64,000 nucleotides of DNA from NCBI GenBank assembly GCA_965228875.1, contig OZ245843.1:1098616-1162615 (forward strand), in the 5' to 3' direction. Made by a program: the position numbers and the translations under genes. The DNA comes from Thalassobaculaceae bacterium. GTDB lineage: Bacteria > Pseudomonadota > Alphaproteobacteria > Thalassobaculales > Thalassobaculaceae. Of the stretch, positions 48,824 through 58,122 are shown one piece after another (the stretch's first letter is position 1; each line of letters begins with the position of its first letter). The notes under the pieces were generated by a model. It was not told the DNA's origin, did not search any database, and worked only from the letters and a program-made list of their open reading frames with translations.

Positions 48824-50029
48824 ATGACCGAACCGAGACTTCCGCTGGACGACCTGCCCGCGGCGCCGACCGGCGCGCCGTTCGACCTGCTCGACGGAGT
48901 GCGGGTGCTCGACCTGACCACCTCGATCGCCGGGCCTTATGCCACGCTGCTGCTGGCGGATTACGGCGCCGACGTGGTGAAGATCGAGCGACCCGGCAGC
49001 GGCGACGACGCCCGCGCCTGGGGCCCGCCGTTTCTCGACGGCGACTCCCTCTGGTTCATGTCGGTGAACCGCAACAAGCGCAGTGTAGCCATCGACTACA
49101 CGGTCGATCCGGGGCGCGCCCTGTTAGAGAAGCTCGTGGCCGCCGCCGACGTGGTGGTACTGAACCAGGTACCGCGGGTGCAGGCGAAGCTGAAGACCGA
49201 CCCGGTGACCCTCCAGACCCTCAATCCCGGGCTTATCGTCGCCTCGGTCACCGGTTTCGGTCTGACTGGGGAGCGCCGGGACAAGCCCTGCTACGACCTG
49301 ATCGCCGAGGGCTATTCCGGCGTGATGGACCTGACCGGCGAGGCCGACAGCCCGCCGCAGAAGGTCGGCACGCCCGCCGCCGATCTTCTGGCCGGCCACG
49401 ACCTTGCCCTTGCCGTCGCGGCCGCCCTGGTGCGCAAGGGCCGCACGGGGCAGGGCGCCGTGGTCGACGTTTCCATGGTCGAGAGCATGACCCGTTTCAT
49501 GGTGCCGCGCATCGCCAGCTATCTCGGTTCCGGCGAGGTCCCGGCGCGCTCCGGCGCGCGCGACAGCGTCATCGCCATCTATCAGGTGTTCGACACCGCC
49601 GACGACCCGATGACCCTCGGCCTCGGCAACGATGCGATCTGGCAACGCTTCTGGCAGGCGCTCGGCAATCCCAAACGCGGCGAGGACCCGGCGACCGCAA
49701 CCAACGCCGACCGGCGCAAGGTGCGCGGCGAGCTGGTGGCAGAGGTCCAGGCGATCCTGAAAACCCGCCCCCGGGCCGAATGGCTCGACCTGTTCGACGC
49801 CAACAAGGTCCCGGCCGGCCCGATCCAGCGGGTGGACGAGGTCTGCGCCGACCGCCACCTGTATGAGCGCGGCTTCCTCTATACGATCGCGCGGGAGGGT
49901 AAGAGCCCGTCGCCGCAGATCGGTACAGGCGTCCAGATCGACGGTAGTCCCAACACGCCCCGCCGCGCCCCGCCGGACCTCGGCGCCCACGAAACCGACA
50001 TCCGCGCCGACTGGCTCGGCGAACAGTAA
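48824..50029 (+). CDS. Class III CoA-transferase (CaiB/BaiF family)
   Basis: LDGVRVLDLT..IAGP, GADVVKIERPG.GD..R, NRNKRS, catalytic Asp in ADLLAG; GGAGG RBS. Confidence 0.93.
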   Translation: MTEPRLPLDDLPAAPTGAPFDLLDGVRVLDLTTSIAGPYATLLLADYGADVVKIERPGSGDDARAWGPPFLDGDSLWFMSVNRNKRSVAIDYTVDPGRALLEKLVAAADVVVLNQVPRVQAKLKTDPVTLQTLNPGLIVASVTGFGLTGERRDKPCYDLIAEGYSGVMDLTGEADSPPQKVGTPAADLLAGHDLALAVAAALVRKGRTGQGAVVDVSMVESMTRFMVPRIASYLGSGEVPARSGARDSVIAIYQVFDTADDPMTLGLGNDAIWQRFWQALGNPKRGEDPATATNADRRKVRGELVAEVQAILKTRPRAEWLDLFDANKVPAGPIQRVDEVCADRHLYERGFLYTIAREGKSPSPQIGTGVQIDGSPNTPRRAPPDLGAHETDIRADWLGEQ

Positions 50030-50050
50030 AACTCCCAAGGGAAGAGACCT

Positions 50051-50836
50051 ATGTCCGCGACCTTCGAGACGATCCTCTACGAGGAAGACGGCCCCATCGG
50101 CTGGATCACGATCAACCGGCCGGAAGACGGGAACATGTTCACCCCCGTCACTTGCGTGGAGATCCGCGACTGCATCGAGCAGATCCGCCGCGAGACCCGC
50201 ACCCGCGTCGTGGTGTTGACGGGAGCCGGCGAGAAGTTCTTCTGCATCGGCGGGCGCAAGGACGGGATGGAGGACACCAACCTCTATGCCGGCGTGCTGC
50301 CGACGCTGGAGATGTACGACGCCATCGACAAGCTGCAGAAGCCGGTCATCGCCATGGTCAACGGCTTCGCCGTCGGCGGCGGTAATGTGCTGCACACGGT
50401 CTGCGACCTCTCCATCGCCAAGGAGAGCGCGGTGTTCCGCCAGGTCGGTCCGATGATGGGCAGCTTCGACGCCGGCTACGGCACCTGGTATCTGGAGGAC
50501 GCCATCGGCAAGAAGCGGGCGAAGGAGATGTGGTACACCAACCGCAAGCTCTCTGCCGCCGAGGCGCTGGACTGGGGCCTGATCAACAAGGTCGTGCCGG
50601 ACGACACGCTGCGCGAGGAGACCCGCGCCTGGGCGATGTCGATCTCCGAGCGCGGCCCGCTGGCGCTGGCCGGCATCAAGCACGCCTTCCTCGCCCGTCA
50701 TGGCGGCGTCGGCGGCCTGGGCCGTGTCTCCCACGACATGCTGCTGAAGCTGTACCTGAAGACCGAGGAGAGCCAGGAGCTGTCCAAAGCCTTCGGCGAG
50801 CGCCGCACGCCCGATCCGGATAAGTTCGGCCACTGA
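50051..50836 (+). CDS. BadI/MenB-like crotonase (beta-ketoacyl-CoA ring-cleaving hydrolase-like)
   Basis: GFAVGGGNVL..CDL, FRQVGPMMGSFDAGYGT, KRAKEMW. Confidence 0.8.
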   Translation: MSATFETILYEEDGPIGWITINRPEDGNMFTPVTCVEIRDCIEQIRRETRTRVVVLTGAGEKFFCIGGRKDGMEDTNLYAGVLPTLEMYDAIDKLQKPVIAMVNGFAVGGGNVLHTVCDLSIAKESAVFRQVGPMMGSFDAGYGTWYLEDAIGKKRAKEMWYTNRKLSAAEALDWGLINKVVPDDTLREETRAWAMSISERGPLALAGIKHAFLARHGGVGGLGRVSHDMLLKLYLKTEESQELSKAFGERRTPDPDKFGH

Positions 50837-50846
50837 GGGCGGCGCG

Positions 50847-52499
50847 ATGAGTCGGCTTCTCACCCTGCACGACCCGGCCACCGCCCGGCGCTACTACGAG
50901 GCCGGGCTGTGGCATGACGAGACCTTCTACGCCCTGCTGGCCAAGCACGCGGCGGCGCGTCCGGACGCCAAGGCGGTGCGGGATTCGTCCCGCCACCTGA
51001 CCTGGGGGCAGTTGAAGGGCTGGGTCGACGCCATCGCCGACAGCCTGCACGAGGCCGGCGTCGTCACCGGCGAGCGGGTGGCGCTGTGGGCGTCGAACCG
51101 GGTCGAGGTCGTCGCCTCGTTCCTCGCCTGCTCGCGCAACGGCTACGTCTGCAACCCGTCGCTTCACCGCAACTACACGGTGGAGGAGATCATCGGCCTG
51201 TTGGAGCGGGTCGGAGCGACGGCGGCGGTGGTCGAGACCGGCTGGGGGGCGGATACCGACCGGCACGACCCGGTCGCCGCCCTGCAAGGGCTGGAGGCCA
51301 TGCGCAGGGTGTTCGTCCTGCCGCCGCAGCGCGCGGAGGGTGATCTGCCGAAGATCGGCACCGCGCCGAGGAACCTCCGGGAGCCGGACCCGAACCCCGA
51401 CAGTGTCTGTTATCTCGCCTTCACCAGCGGCACGACCGGCCGGCCCAAGGGCGTGATGCACTCCGACAACTCTCTGCTGGCCAACTGCCGCGATCTGGTG
51501 AAGGACTGGCACCACGACACCTCGACCGTGCTGCTGACCCTGTCACCGCTCAGCCATCACATCGCCTGGGTGGCGGTCGGCCAGTGGCTGGTCGCCGGCA
51601 TGGAACTGATCATTGACGATCCGGCCCCAGGGCTGTCGCGCCTGGACTGGATGATCGAGACCGGCGCGACCTACGTCATGGGCGTGCCGACCCATGCCAT
51701 GGACATCCAGGCGGAGCAGGCCCGGCGCGGCATCGAGAAGCTCGGCTCGGTCAACCTGTTCTACATGGCCGGCTCGCCGATCCCCCCGGCGGTGGCCGAG
51801 CGCTTCGTGAGGCAAAGCGTACGGCCGCAGAACATCTACGGCATGACCGAGAACTCGTCGCACCAGTACACCCACCCGGACGATGACGAGGCCACGATCT
51901 GCGCCACCTGCGGGCGCGGCGGGGCGGGCTACGAGGTGCGGATCTTCTCCCAGGAGAACCGCGACGAGGAGGTGCCCGTCGGCACGGTCGGCGAGATCGG
52001 CGGCAAGGGTGCGGCTCTGATGCTCGGCTATTTCGACAACCAGGCCGCCACCGAGGGTTCGTTCAACCGTGATGGCTGGTTTCTTTCGGGCGATCTCGGC
52101 GTGCTGGACGAGCGCGGCAACCTCTCCATCGTCGGCCGGCTCAAGGACGTGGTGATCCGCGGCGGCCACAACATCTTCCCGGCGCGGGTGGAAGACCTTG
52201 CGGTGAAGCATCCCAACATTGCCAAGGCGGCGGCCTTCCCGGTGCCCGACGAGCGGCTCGGCGAAAAACTGGCTCTGGCGATCCTTCCGACCGGTACGGC
52301 GCCGGATGCGGCGGCTGTTCTCAACCATCTCTCCGGGGTCGGGCTGTCGAAGTACGACATGCCGGAATACTTCCTGGTGATGGACAGCTTCCCGCTGACC
52401 CCCAGCGGCAAGATCCTGAAGCGCGAGTTGGCGGAATGGGCCAAGTCCGGGCGGATCGCGCCGGAGCCCTGCCGGTTCAAACTGCCCGAAGACGCCTGA
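50847..52499 (+). CDS. Acyl-CoA synthetase (AliA/cyclohexanecarboxylate-CoA ligase-like)
   Basis: FTSGTTGRPKG, YGMTE, WFLSGDLG, GRLKDVVIRGG, PLTPSGKILK. Confidence 0.9.
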   Translation: MSRLLTLHDPATARRYYEAGLWHDETFYALLAKHAAARPDAKAVRDSSRHLTWGQLKGWVDAIADSLHEAGVVTGERVALWASNRVEVVASFLACSRNGYVCNPSLHRNYTVEEIIGLLERVGATAAVVETGWGADTDRHDPVAALQGLEAMRRVFVLPPQRAEGDLPKIGTAPRNLREPDPNPDSVCYLAFTSGTTGRPKGVMHSDNSLLANCRDLVKDWHHDTSTVLLTLSPLSHHIAWVAVGQWLVAGMELIIDDPAPGLSRLDWMIETGATYVMGVPTHAMDIQAEQARRGIEKLGSVNLFYMAGSPIPPAVAERFVRQSVRPQNIYGMTENSSHQYTHPDDDEATICATCGRGGAGYEVRIFSQENRDEEVPVGTVGEIGGKGAALMLGYFDNQAATEGSFNRDGWFLSGDLGVLDERGNLSIVGRLKDVVIRGGHNIFPARVEDLAVKHPNIAKAAAFPVPDERLGEKLALAILPTGTAPDAAAVLNHLSGVGLSKYDMPEYFLVMDSFPLTPSGKILKRELAEWAKSGRIAPEPCRFKLPEDA

Positions 52500-52513
52500 G
52501 GAGTGAGGAAACG

Positions 52514-53284
52514 ATGACCGTGACCCTGGCCCTGTCCGAGGGAATCGCCACCCTGACCATCGATCGTCAGGAGGCACTGAATGCTCTTAATTTCAGTCTA
52601 ATATCGGATATCTCTGACAAACTGGACGAGGTGCGGGGGGCCGACGCCCGCGGCCTGCTGATCACCGGCGCCGGCGAGAAGGCGTTCTGCGCCGGGGCCG
52701 ATATCAAGGAACTGATGGGCCGCGACCTGATGGCCCAAAAGCGCGGGGCCGAGATGGGACAGGCGACCTTCGCCAAGATCGCCGCCCTGGAGATCCCGTC
52801 GCTGGCCCTGATCAACGGCTTCGCCTTCGGCGGCGGGCTGGAGATGGCGCTGGCCTGCACCTTCCGTATGGCGGTGCCGACCGCGAAGATGGGCCTGCCG
52901 GAGATCAAGCTCGGCCTGATCCCGGGCTATGGCGGCACGCAGCGCCTGCCACGCCTGATCGGCGAGGGACGGGCGCTGGAGATGATCCTGACCGGCCGCA
53001 CCGTCGATGCCGAGGAGGCGCACCGCATCGGCCTGGTGAACCGCCTGGCAGAGACCGCCGATCCGCTGGCCGAGGCGACGGGCTTCCTGGGCGAGGTGAC
53101 CCGCTACGGTCTGCCGGCGATCAGCTTCGCCAAGCAGGCGGTGACCCGCGCCCTGGACCTGCCGATCCACGAAGGGCTGAAGGTGGAGGCCGATCTCTCC
53201 ACCCTGTCCTTCCGCACCGAGGATGCCGACGAGGGCCTCGCCGCCTTCGTTGAGAAGCGCAAACCCAGCTTCAAGGATCGCTGA
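52514..53284 (+). CDS. Enoyl-CoA hydratase (crotonase)
   Basis: AFCAGAD, GGGLE, PEIKLGLIPGYGGTQRL with both catalytic Glu. Confidence 0.93.
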   Translation: MTVTLALSEGIATLTIDRQEALNALNFSLISDISDKLDEVRGADARGLLITGAGEKAFCAGADIKELMGRDLMAQKRGAEMGQATFAKIAALEIPSLALINGFAFGGGLEMALACTFRMAVPTAKMGLPEIKLGLIPGYGGTQRLPRLIGEGRALEMILTGRTVDAEEAHRIGLVNRLAETADPLAEATGFLGEVTRYGLPAISFAKQAVTRALDLPIHEGLKVEADLSTLSFRTEDADEGLAAFVEKRKPSFKDR

Positions 53285-54459
53285 TGGCCACCGTACTCGA
53301 TCGCCTGGACGCCAGCCTCGACCTGCCCGAGGACGAGGCCATGGTGCTGGACAGCGTGCGGCAACTCGCAACCGAGAAGATCGCACCGCGCGCGGCGGGC
53401 CACGACCGCAACGGCACCTATCCGGCCGACAACATCGCCGAGATGACCGAACTCGGCATGAACGCCATGTTCGTGCCGGAGGAATACGGTGGGCTTGGCC
53501 TGTCGTACACCGTCTACCTCGCCTGCGTGCGCGAGATCTCCAAGGCCTGTGCCTCGACCGGCATCATCTGGGCGACCAATTTCCACGGCATGAAGCCGGT
53601 GATGGATTTCGGCACCGAGGCCCAGAAGCAGCGCATCCTGCCGACCATCGCCGCCGGCGGCATCGGATCGCTCTGCATCACCGAGCCCACGGCCGGGTCC
53701 GACGCCACCGGCATGAAGACCCGCATCACCCCGGACGGCAACGAGAGCGTCGTGGTGAATGGTGGGAAGACCTTCATCTCCAACGGCAACGTGGCCGACC
53801 ACCTGCTGGTCTTCGGCAAGTGGAGCGAGATCGACGATCCGCGCAAGTCGATCACCGCCTTCGTGGTCGACAAGGGCACGCCCGGCCTGAACGTCCTCCG
53901 CAAGGAGGAGAAGATGGGCCACCGGGCCGCCCCGACGGTCGCCCTGTCCTTCGAGGACATGAAGATCCCGCGCGAGAACATCATCGCCGAGCCGGGCGAC
54001 GGGCTGCGGATCCTGCTGTCGTCGCTGAACAAGTCGCGCCCCAGCGTGGCGGCCCATGCCCTCGGCATCGCCCGGGCGGCGTTCGAGGACGCCATCGACT
54101 ACATCAACGACCGCCGCCAGTCGGGCCGGCGGATCGTCGAGTTCCAGGGCATCCAGTTCACGCTGGCCGACCTCGCCACCGATCTCGCCATGTGCGAGGC
54201 GTGGCTGTGGAAGGTTGGGCGGATGGTGGACGCCGGGGCGACGGATTTCGGCATCGAGGCCTCGATGCTGAAGATGCGCGGCTCCGACCTGGCCATGCGG
54301 ATGGCCGACGAGGCGGTGCAGCTCCATGGCGGCTACGGCTACTGCCAGGACTACCGGGTTGAGCGGCTGATGCGGGACGCCAAGATCACCCAGATCTGGG
54401 AGGGCACCAACCAGATCCACCGCCAGCTCATCGGCCGCAGTTTCGCGCGGAAGGAGTGA
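53284..54459 (+). CDS. Acyl-CoA dehydrogenase
   Basis: CITEPTAGSD, NGGKTFISN, QLHGGYGY, RDAKITQIWEGTNQI. Confidence 0.95.
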   Translation: MATVLDRLDASLDLPEDEAMVLDSVRQLATEKIAPRAAGHDRNGTYPADNIAEMTELGMNAMFVPEEYGGLGLSYTVYLACVREISKACASTGIIWATNFHGMKPVMDFGTEAQKQRILPTIAAGGIGSLCITEPTAGSDATGMKTRITPDGNESVVVNGGKTFISNGNVADHLLVFGKWSEIDDPRKSITAFVVDKGTPGLNVLRKEEKMGHRAAPTVALSFEDMKIPRENIIAEPGDGLRILLSSLNKSRPSVAAHALGIARAAFEDAIDYINDRRQSGRRIVEFQGIQFTLADLATDLAMCEAWLWKVGRMVDAGATDFGIEASMLKMRGSDLAMRMADEAVQLHGGYGYCQDYRVERLMRDAKITQIWEGTNQIHRQLIGRSFARKE

Positions 54460-54463
54460 CAGC

Positions 54464-55339
54464 ATGACAACCATCCAGACCGTCGGCGTCTGCGGCGCTG
54501 GAACCATGGGGGCGGGGATCGCCATCGTGGCGGCGCGCGCCGGCTACCGTACCGTGCTCTACGACACCAACGTCAAGGCGCTGGAACGGGCCCGGGGCCA
54601 GACCGAGGCCTTCCTGGCCAAGTCGGTGGAGCGCGGCAAGCTCACCCAGGAGCATGTCGACGCCGCTCTGGCCGGCTACAGGACCACCGACACGCTGGAC
54701 GGTCTCGCCGAGTGCGACATCGTCATCGAGGCGGTGTTCGAGAACCTTGCCGTCAAACAGGAGCTGTTCGAAAAGCTCAACAAGGTCTGCCCCGAGCGCA
54801 CCCTGTTCGCCTCCAACACCTCCACCCTGTCGATCACCCAGATCGCGTCCGGTTGCGGGCGCGAGGATCGGGTGGTGGGCATGCATTTCTGCCTGCCGGC
54901 CCAACTCATGAAGCTGGTCGAGATGTCGCCGGGGCTGAATACCTCCGACACCACCTTCGCCGCCGCCTGGGCGTTCTGCGAGGCGCTGGGGCAGAAGCCG
55001 GTGAAGACCAAGGACGCGCCGGGCTTCATCCTCAACTACTTCCTGGTGCCGTTTAACAACGACGTCATCCGCCTGATCGAGGCCGGTGTGGCCGAGCCGG
55101 CGGATATCGACCGGGCGATCAAGGCGGGCCTGGGCTACAAGATGGGGCCGTGCGAGCTGCTCGACCTGATCGGGCTCGATACCCAGGTGCTGCTCTGCGA
55201 CGCGTTCTACGGGGTCACCCACGACCCGCGCTGCGCCGCGCCGCCGCTGCTCCACCGCATGGTCGCGGCGGGCCATCTTGGCCGCAAGTCGGGGCGCGGC
55301 TTCTTCACCTATGACAGCGACAAGATGTACGGGGCCTGA
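54464..55339 (+). CDS. 3-hydroxyacyl-CoA dehydrogenase (NAD-binding plus C-terminal domain)
   Basis: GAGTMGAGIA, IEAVFE, SNTST, GMHF, LVE, PGFI, LGRKSG.GFF. Confidence 0.93.
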   Translation: MTTIQTVGVCGAGTMGAGIAIVAARAGYRTVLYDTNVKALERARGQTEAFLAKSVERGKLTQEHVDAALAGYRTTDTLDGLAECDIVIEAVFENLAVKQELFEKLNKVCPERTLFASNTSTLSITQIASGCGREDRVVGMHFCLPAQLMKLVEMSPGLNTSDTTFAAAWAFCEALGQKPVKTKDAPGFILNYFLVPFNNDVIRLIEAGVAEPADIDRAIKAGLGYKMGPCELLDLIGLDTQVLLCDAFYGVTHDPRCAAPPLLHRMVAAGHLGRKSGRGFFTYDSDKMYGA

Positions 55340-55342
55340 GCC

Positions 55343-55999
55343 ATGGTCAGCTATTCGATCGTCGATACCGGCGACAGCCGGTCGTTCCCCGAGGACCATC
55401 CGTTCCTGGCCGGTGCCGGCGCGGACGGGGAGGGCGAGGTCGTCGTCTATCTCGGCGCCGAGGCCGTCTCCGCGTGGCGGGAAGACCCGTCACGCACCGC
55501 CGTTCTGGTCGAGCTCAGCACCGAGACCTTGGGCGAGGTGACCGGCGAGAACCGGGGCGAGGAAGGCTCCAACACCGTCGGCTTCGCCCGGTTCCGCGTC
55601 GGCGACGGCGCACCCTCCGACCTGGTGGAGCTGGTCCGCCAGCCGCATACCGACCCGGCCGCACTTGAGGCCGCGCGCATGGTGCTGGAGGGGGCCGGGC
55701 TGCAGGTCTCCGAGTGCTTCGACTTCGCCGGCCGCATCCTCGACCGCCTCATCCGGCCCTACTACAACGAGGCGCTGGCCAAGCTGGACGAGGGGTTGGC
55801 GACGGCGGACGACATGGACCTGACGGTAAAGCTCGGGCTCGGCTACCCCGAAGGCCCAATCGAGCTGCTGGAGCGCACCGGCCTGCATCACCACCACGAC
55901 GTGACCCAGGCGCTATTCGAGGTGTACGGCACCAGGCACTACGCCCCGGCCCGACGGGCGCGTGTGGCCAAGAAGCGGGCCGAGCGGGGAGTGTCCTGA
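55343..55999 (+). CDS. 3-hydroxyacyl-CoA dehydrogenase C-terminal-domain protein with degenerate N-terminus (PaaH C-half-like)
   Basis: No GxGxxG; DFAGRILDRL...NEA...DMDL..KLGLGYPEGP. Confidence 0.75.
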   Translation: MVSYSIVDTGDSRSFPEDHPFLAGAGADGEGEVVVYLGAEAVSAWREDPSRTAVLVELSTETLGEVTGENRGEEGSNTVGFARFRVGDGAPSDLVELVRQPHTDPAALEAARMVLEGAGLQVSECFDFAGRILDRLIRPYYNEALAKLDEGLATADDMDLTVKLGLGYPEGPIELLERTGLHHHHDVTQALFEVYGTRHYAPARRARVAKKRAERGVS

Positions 56000-57129
56000 T
56001 GAACGGAGGGCGGAAACCACTCGCCGGGGTGCGGGTGCTCGACTTCTCGACACTGCTTCCCGGGCCGATGGCGACCCTGATCCTGGCCGAGGCCGGGGCG
56101 GAGGTCATCAAGCTGGAACGGCCCGGCAGCGGCGAAGACATGCGCGCCTATCCGCCGATGGTGACCGAGGACAGCGGCGTGAACTTCGCCCTGCTGAACC
56201 GGGGAAAACGATCCGTCGCCGTCGACCTGAAGGACCCGGCCGCCGTCGAGCGGGTCAAGGCGCTGGTCAGGGATGCCGACGTCCTGGTCGAGCAGTTTCG
56301 TCCTGGTGTGATGGACCGCCTCGGGCTCGGGTACGAGGCGATGAAGGCGCTGAATCCGGCCCTGGTCTACTGCTCGATCACCGGGTTCGGCCAGACGGGT
56401 CCGAAAGCCAGTCTGGCGGCCCACGACCTGAACTACATGGCCGAGGCGGGAATGCTGAACCTGGGTGCGGACAGCCGGGGCGATCCGGTTCTGCCGCCGA
56501 TGCTGGTGGCGGATATCGGCGGCGGCACCATGCCGGCGGTGATCTCCATCCTGCTGGCCCTGTGCGAGGCGGAGAAGACCGGCGAGGGCGCCTATCTCGA
56601 CGTGGCGATGGGCGACAACCTGTTCGCCTGGGGCTACTGGGCTCTGGGCGAGCGGGCGGCCGGCAAGGGCGATCCGAAGCCTGGAGGCGAACTCGTGACA
56701 GGTGGATCGCCGCGCTATCAGGTCTACCGCTGCGCCGACGGGCGGTGGCTCGCCTGCGCGCCCCTGGAGCAGAAGTTCTGGGTGAACTTCTGCCGGGTCA
56801 TCGGACTGCCGGACGCGCTGGTCGATGACGCGACGTCGCCGCAGGCGACGGAAGCGGCGGTGCGGGACATCATCGGGTCGAAACCGAGCGCCGATTGGCT
56901 CGTCGCGTTCGACGGGGTCGATGCCTGCGTCACCCTCGTCAAGTCCGTGTCCGAGGCGGCGGAGGACCGGCACTTCCAGGCACGCGGACTGTTCGACGGC
57001 ACGATGCCGGCCGGCGCCATCACACTGACGCCGCTGCCGCCGCCGATCGCGCCGATCTACCGCGACCCCGAGGGGGGACAGGGCTTTCCGGCGCTCGGAG
57101 AGGGCAACGCCGAGTTTCTGGAGGATTAG
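55999..57129 (+). CDS. Class III CoA-transferase family, alpha-methylacyl-CoA racemase-like
   Basis: LLPGP, LNRGKRS, EQFRPGVMDRLGLG, AHDLNY and ADIGGG (His/Asp pair). Confidence 0.88.
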   Translation: MNGGRKPLAGVRVLDFSTLLPGPMATLILAEAGAEVIKLERPGSGEDMRAYPPMVTEDSGVNFALLNRGKRSVAVDLKDPAAVERVKALVRDADVLVEQFRPGVMDRLGLGYEAMKALNPALVYCSITGFGQTGPKASLAAHDLNYMAEAGMLNLGADSRGDPVLPPMLVADIGGGTMPAVISILLALCEAEKTGEGAYLDVAMGDNLFAWGYWALGERAAGKGDPKPGGELVTGGSPRYQVYRCADGRWLACAPLEQKFWVNFCRVIGLPDALVDDATSPQATEAAVRDIIGSKPSADWLVAFDGVDACVTLVKSVSEAAEDRHFQARGLFDGTMPAGAITLTPLPPPIAPIYRDPEGGQGFPALGEGNAEFLED

Positions 57130-57132
57130 GCC

Positions 57133-58119
57133 ATGCGCGCGGTCATCATGCGGGCCTTCGGAGCGCCGGAGGACGCCGTTGTCGAGACCCTTCCTTCGCC
57201 GGAGCCCGGTCCGGGCGAGGTGGTGGTGCGGACCCGCGCCGCCGGCGTCAACTATCCGGATCTGCTCGTGGTCCAGGGCAAGTACCAGCACAAGCCGCCG
57301 CTGCCGTTCACGCCGGGCAAGGAACTGGCCGGCGAGATCGTATCGGTCGGCGAGGGGGTGACCGCCTGGACGCCGGGCGACCGGGTGATGGCGCAGGTCG
57401 AGTACGGTGCTTTCGCCGAGGAGGTGGTCGCCGGGGCGGATCAGTGCTTCGCGCTTCCCGACGGTATGAGTTTCACCGACGCGGCCGCCATGGGTCTGGT
57501 CTATCAGACCGCCTGGTTCGCACTGCTCGACCGCGGCGGTTTCACGCCGGGGGAATCGGTTCTGGTGCTCGGCGCGACCGGCGGTGTCGGCATGGCGGCG
57601 ATCCAGCTTGCCAAGGCTCTGGGCGGCACGGTCCTCGCCGGCGTCACGACCATGTCGAAGGCCGAGGCGGCACGCGAGGCGGGCGCCGATCACATCATCG
57701 ATCTCTCCGTGGAGGATCTGCGCAACGGCTTGCGCGATCAGGTCCATGCCGCGACCGACGGGCGGGGGGCGGATGTCTGCATCGACCCGCTCGGCGGCGA
57801 TCCGTTCGATGCGGCGATGCGGGCGCTCGCCTGGTGCGGTCGCATGGTAGTCGTCGGTTTCGCCGCCGGACGCATTCCGGAGATCAGGGCGAACTACCTG
57901 CTGGTCAAGAACATCGCGGTGTCCGGCCTTCAGTGGTCCGACTACCGGGACCGGACGCCGAAGCGCATGGCTGAGGCTCAGGCCGAGATCTTTCGCCTGC
58001 ACACCGAGGGCAGGTTGAACGCCAACGTCATGGCGTCCTTCCCGCTGGAGCGTATGGCGGAGGCGCTCGCCGTGATCCGAGACCGCAAGGTGGTGGGGAA
58101 GGTGGTGCTGACGGCCTGA
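57133..58119 (+). CDS. NADPH:quinone oxidoreductase / enoyl reductase (MDR family)
   Basis: GVNYPD, PFTPG.E.AG, LVLGATGGVG, GFAAG, GKVVL. Confidence 0.9.
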   Translation: MRAVIMRAFGAPEDAVVETLPSPEPGPGEVVVRTRAAGVNYPDLLVVQGKYQHKPPLPFTPGKELAGEIVSVGEGVTAWTPGDRVMAQVEYGAFAEEVVAGADQCFALPDGMSFTDAAAMGLVYQTAWFALLDRGGFTPGESVLVLGATGGVGMAAIQLAKALGGTVLAGVTTMSKAEAAREAGADHIIDLSVEDLRNGLRDQVHAATDGRGADVCIDPLGGDPFDAAMRALAWCGRMVVVGFAAGRIPEIRANYLLVKNIAVSGLQWSDYRDRTPKRMAEAQAEIFRLHTEGRLNANVMASFPLERMAEALAVIRDRKVVGKVVLTA

Positions 58120-58122
58120 TTG

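Noticed and set aside
50051..50836. menB / menaquinone biosynthesis
   Set aside because: No other men genes are present, motifs are closer to BadI (GGGNVL, QVGP.MGS.D.GYGT), and the context is catabolic.
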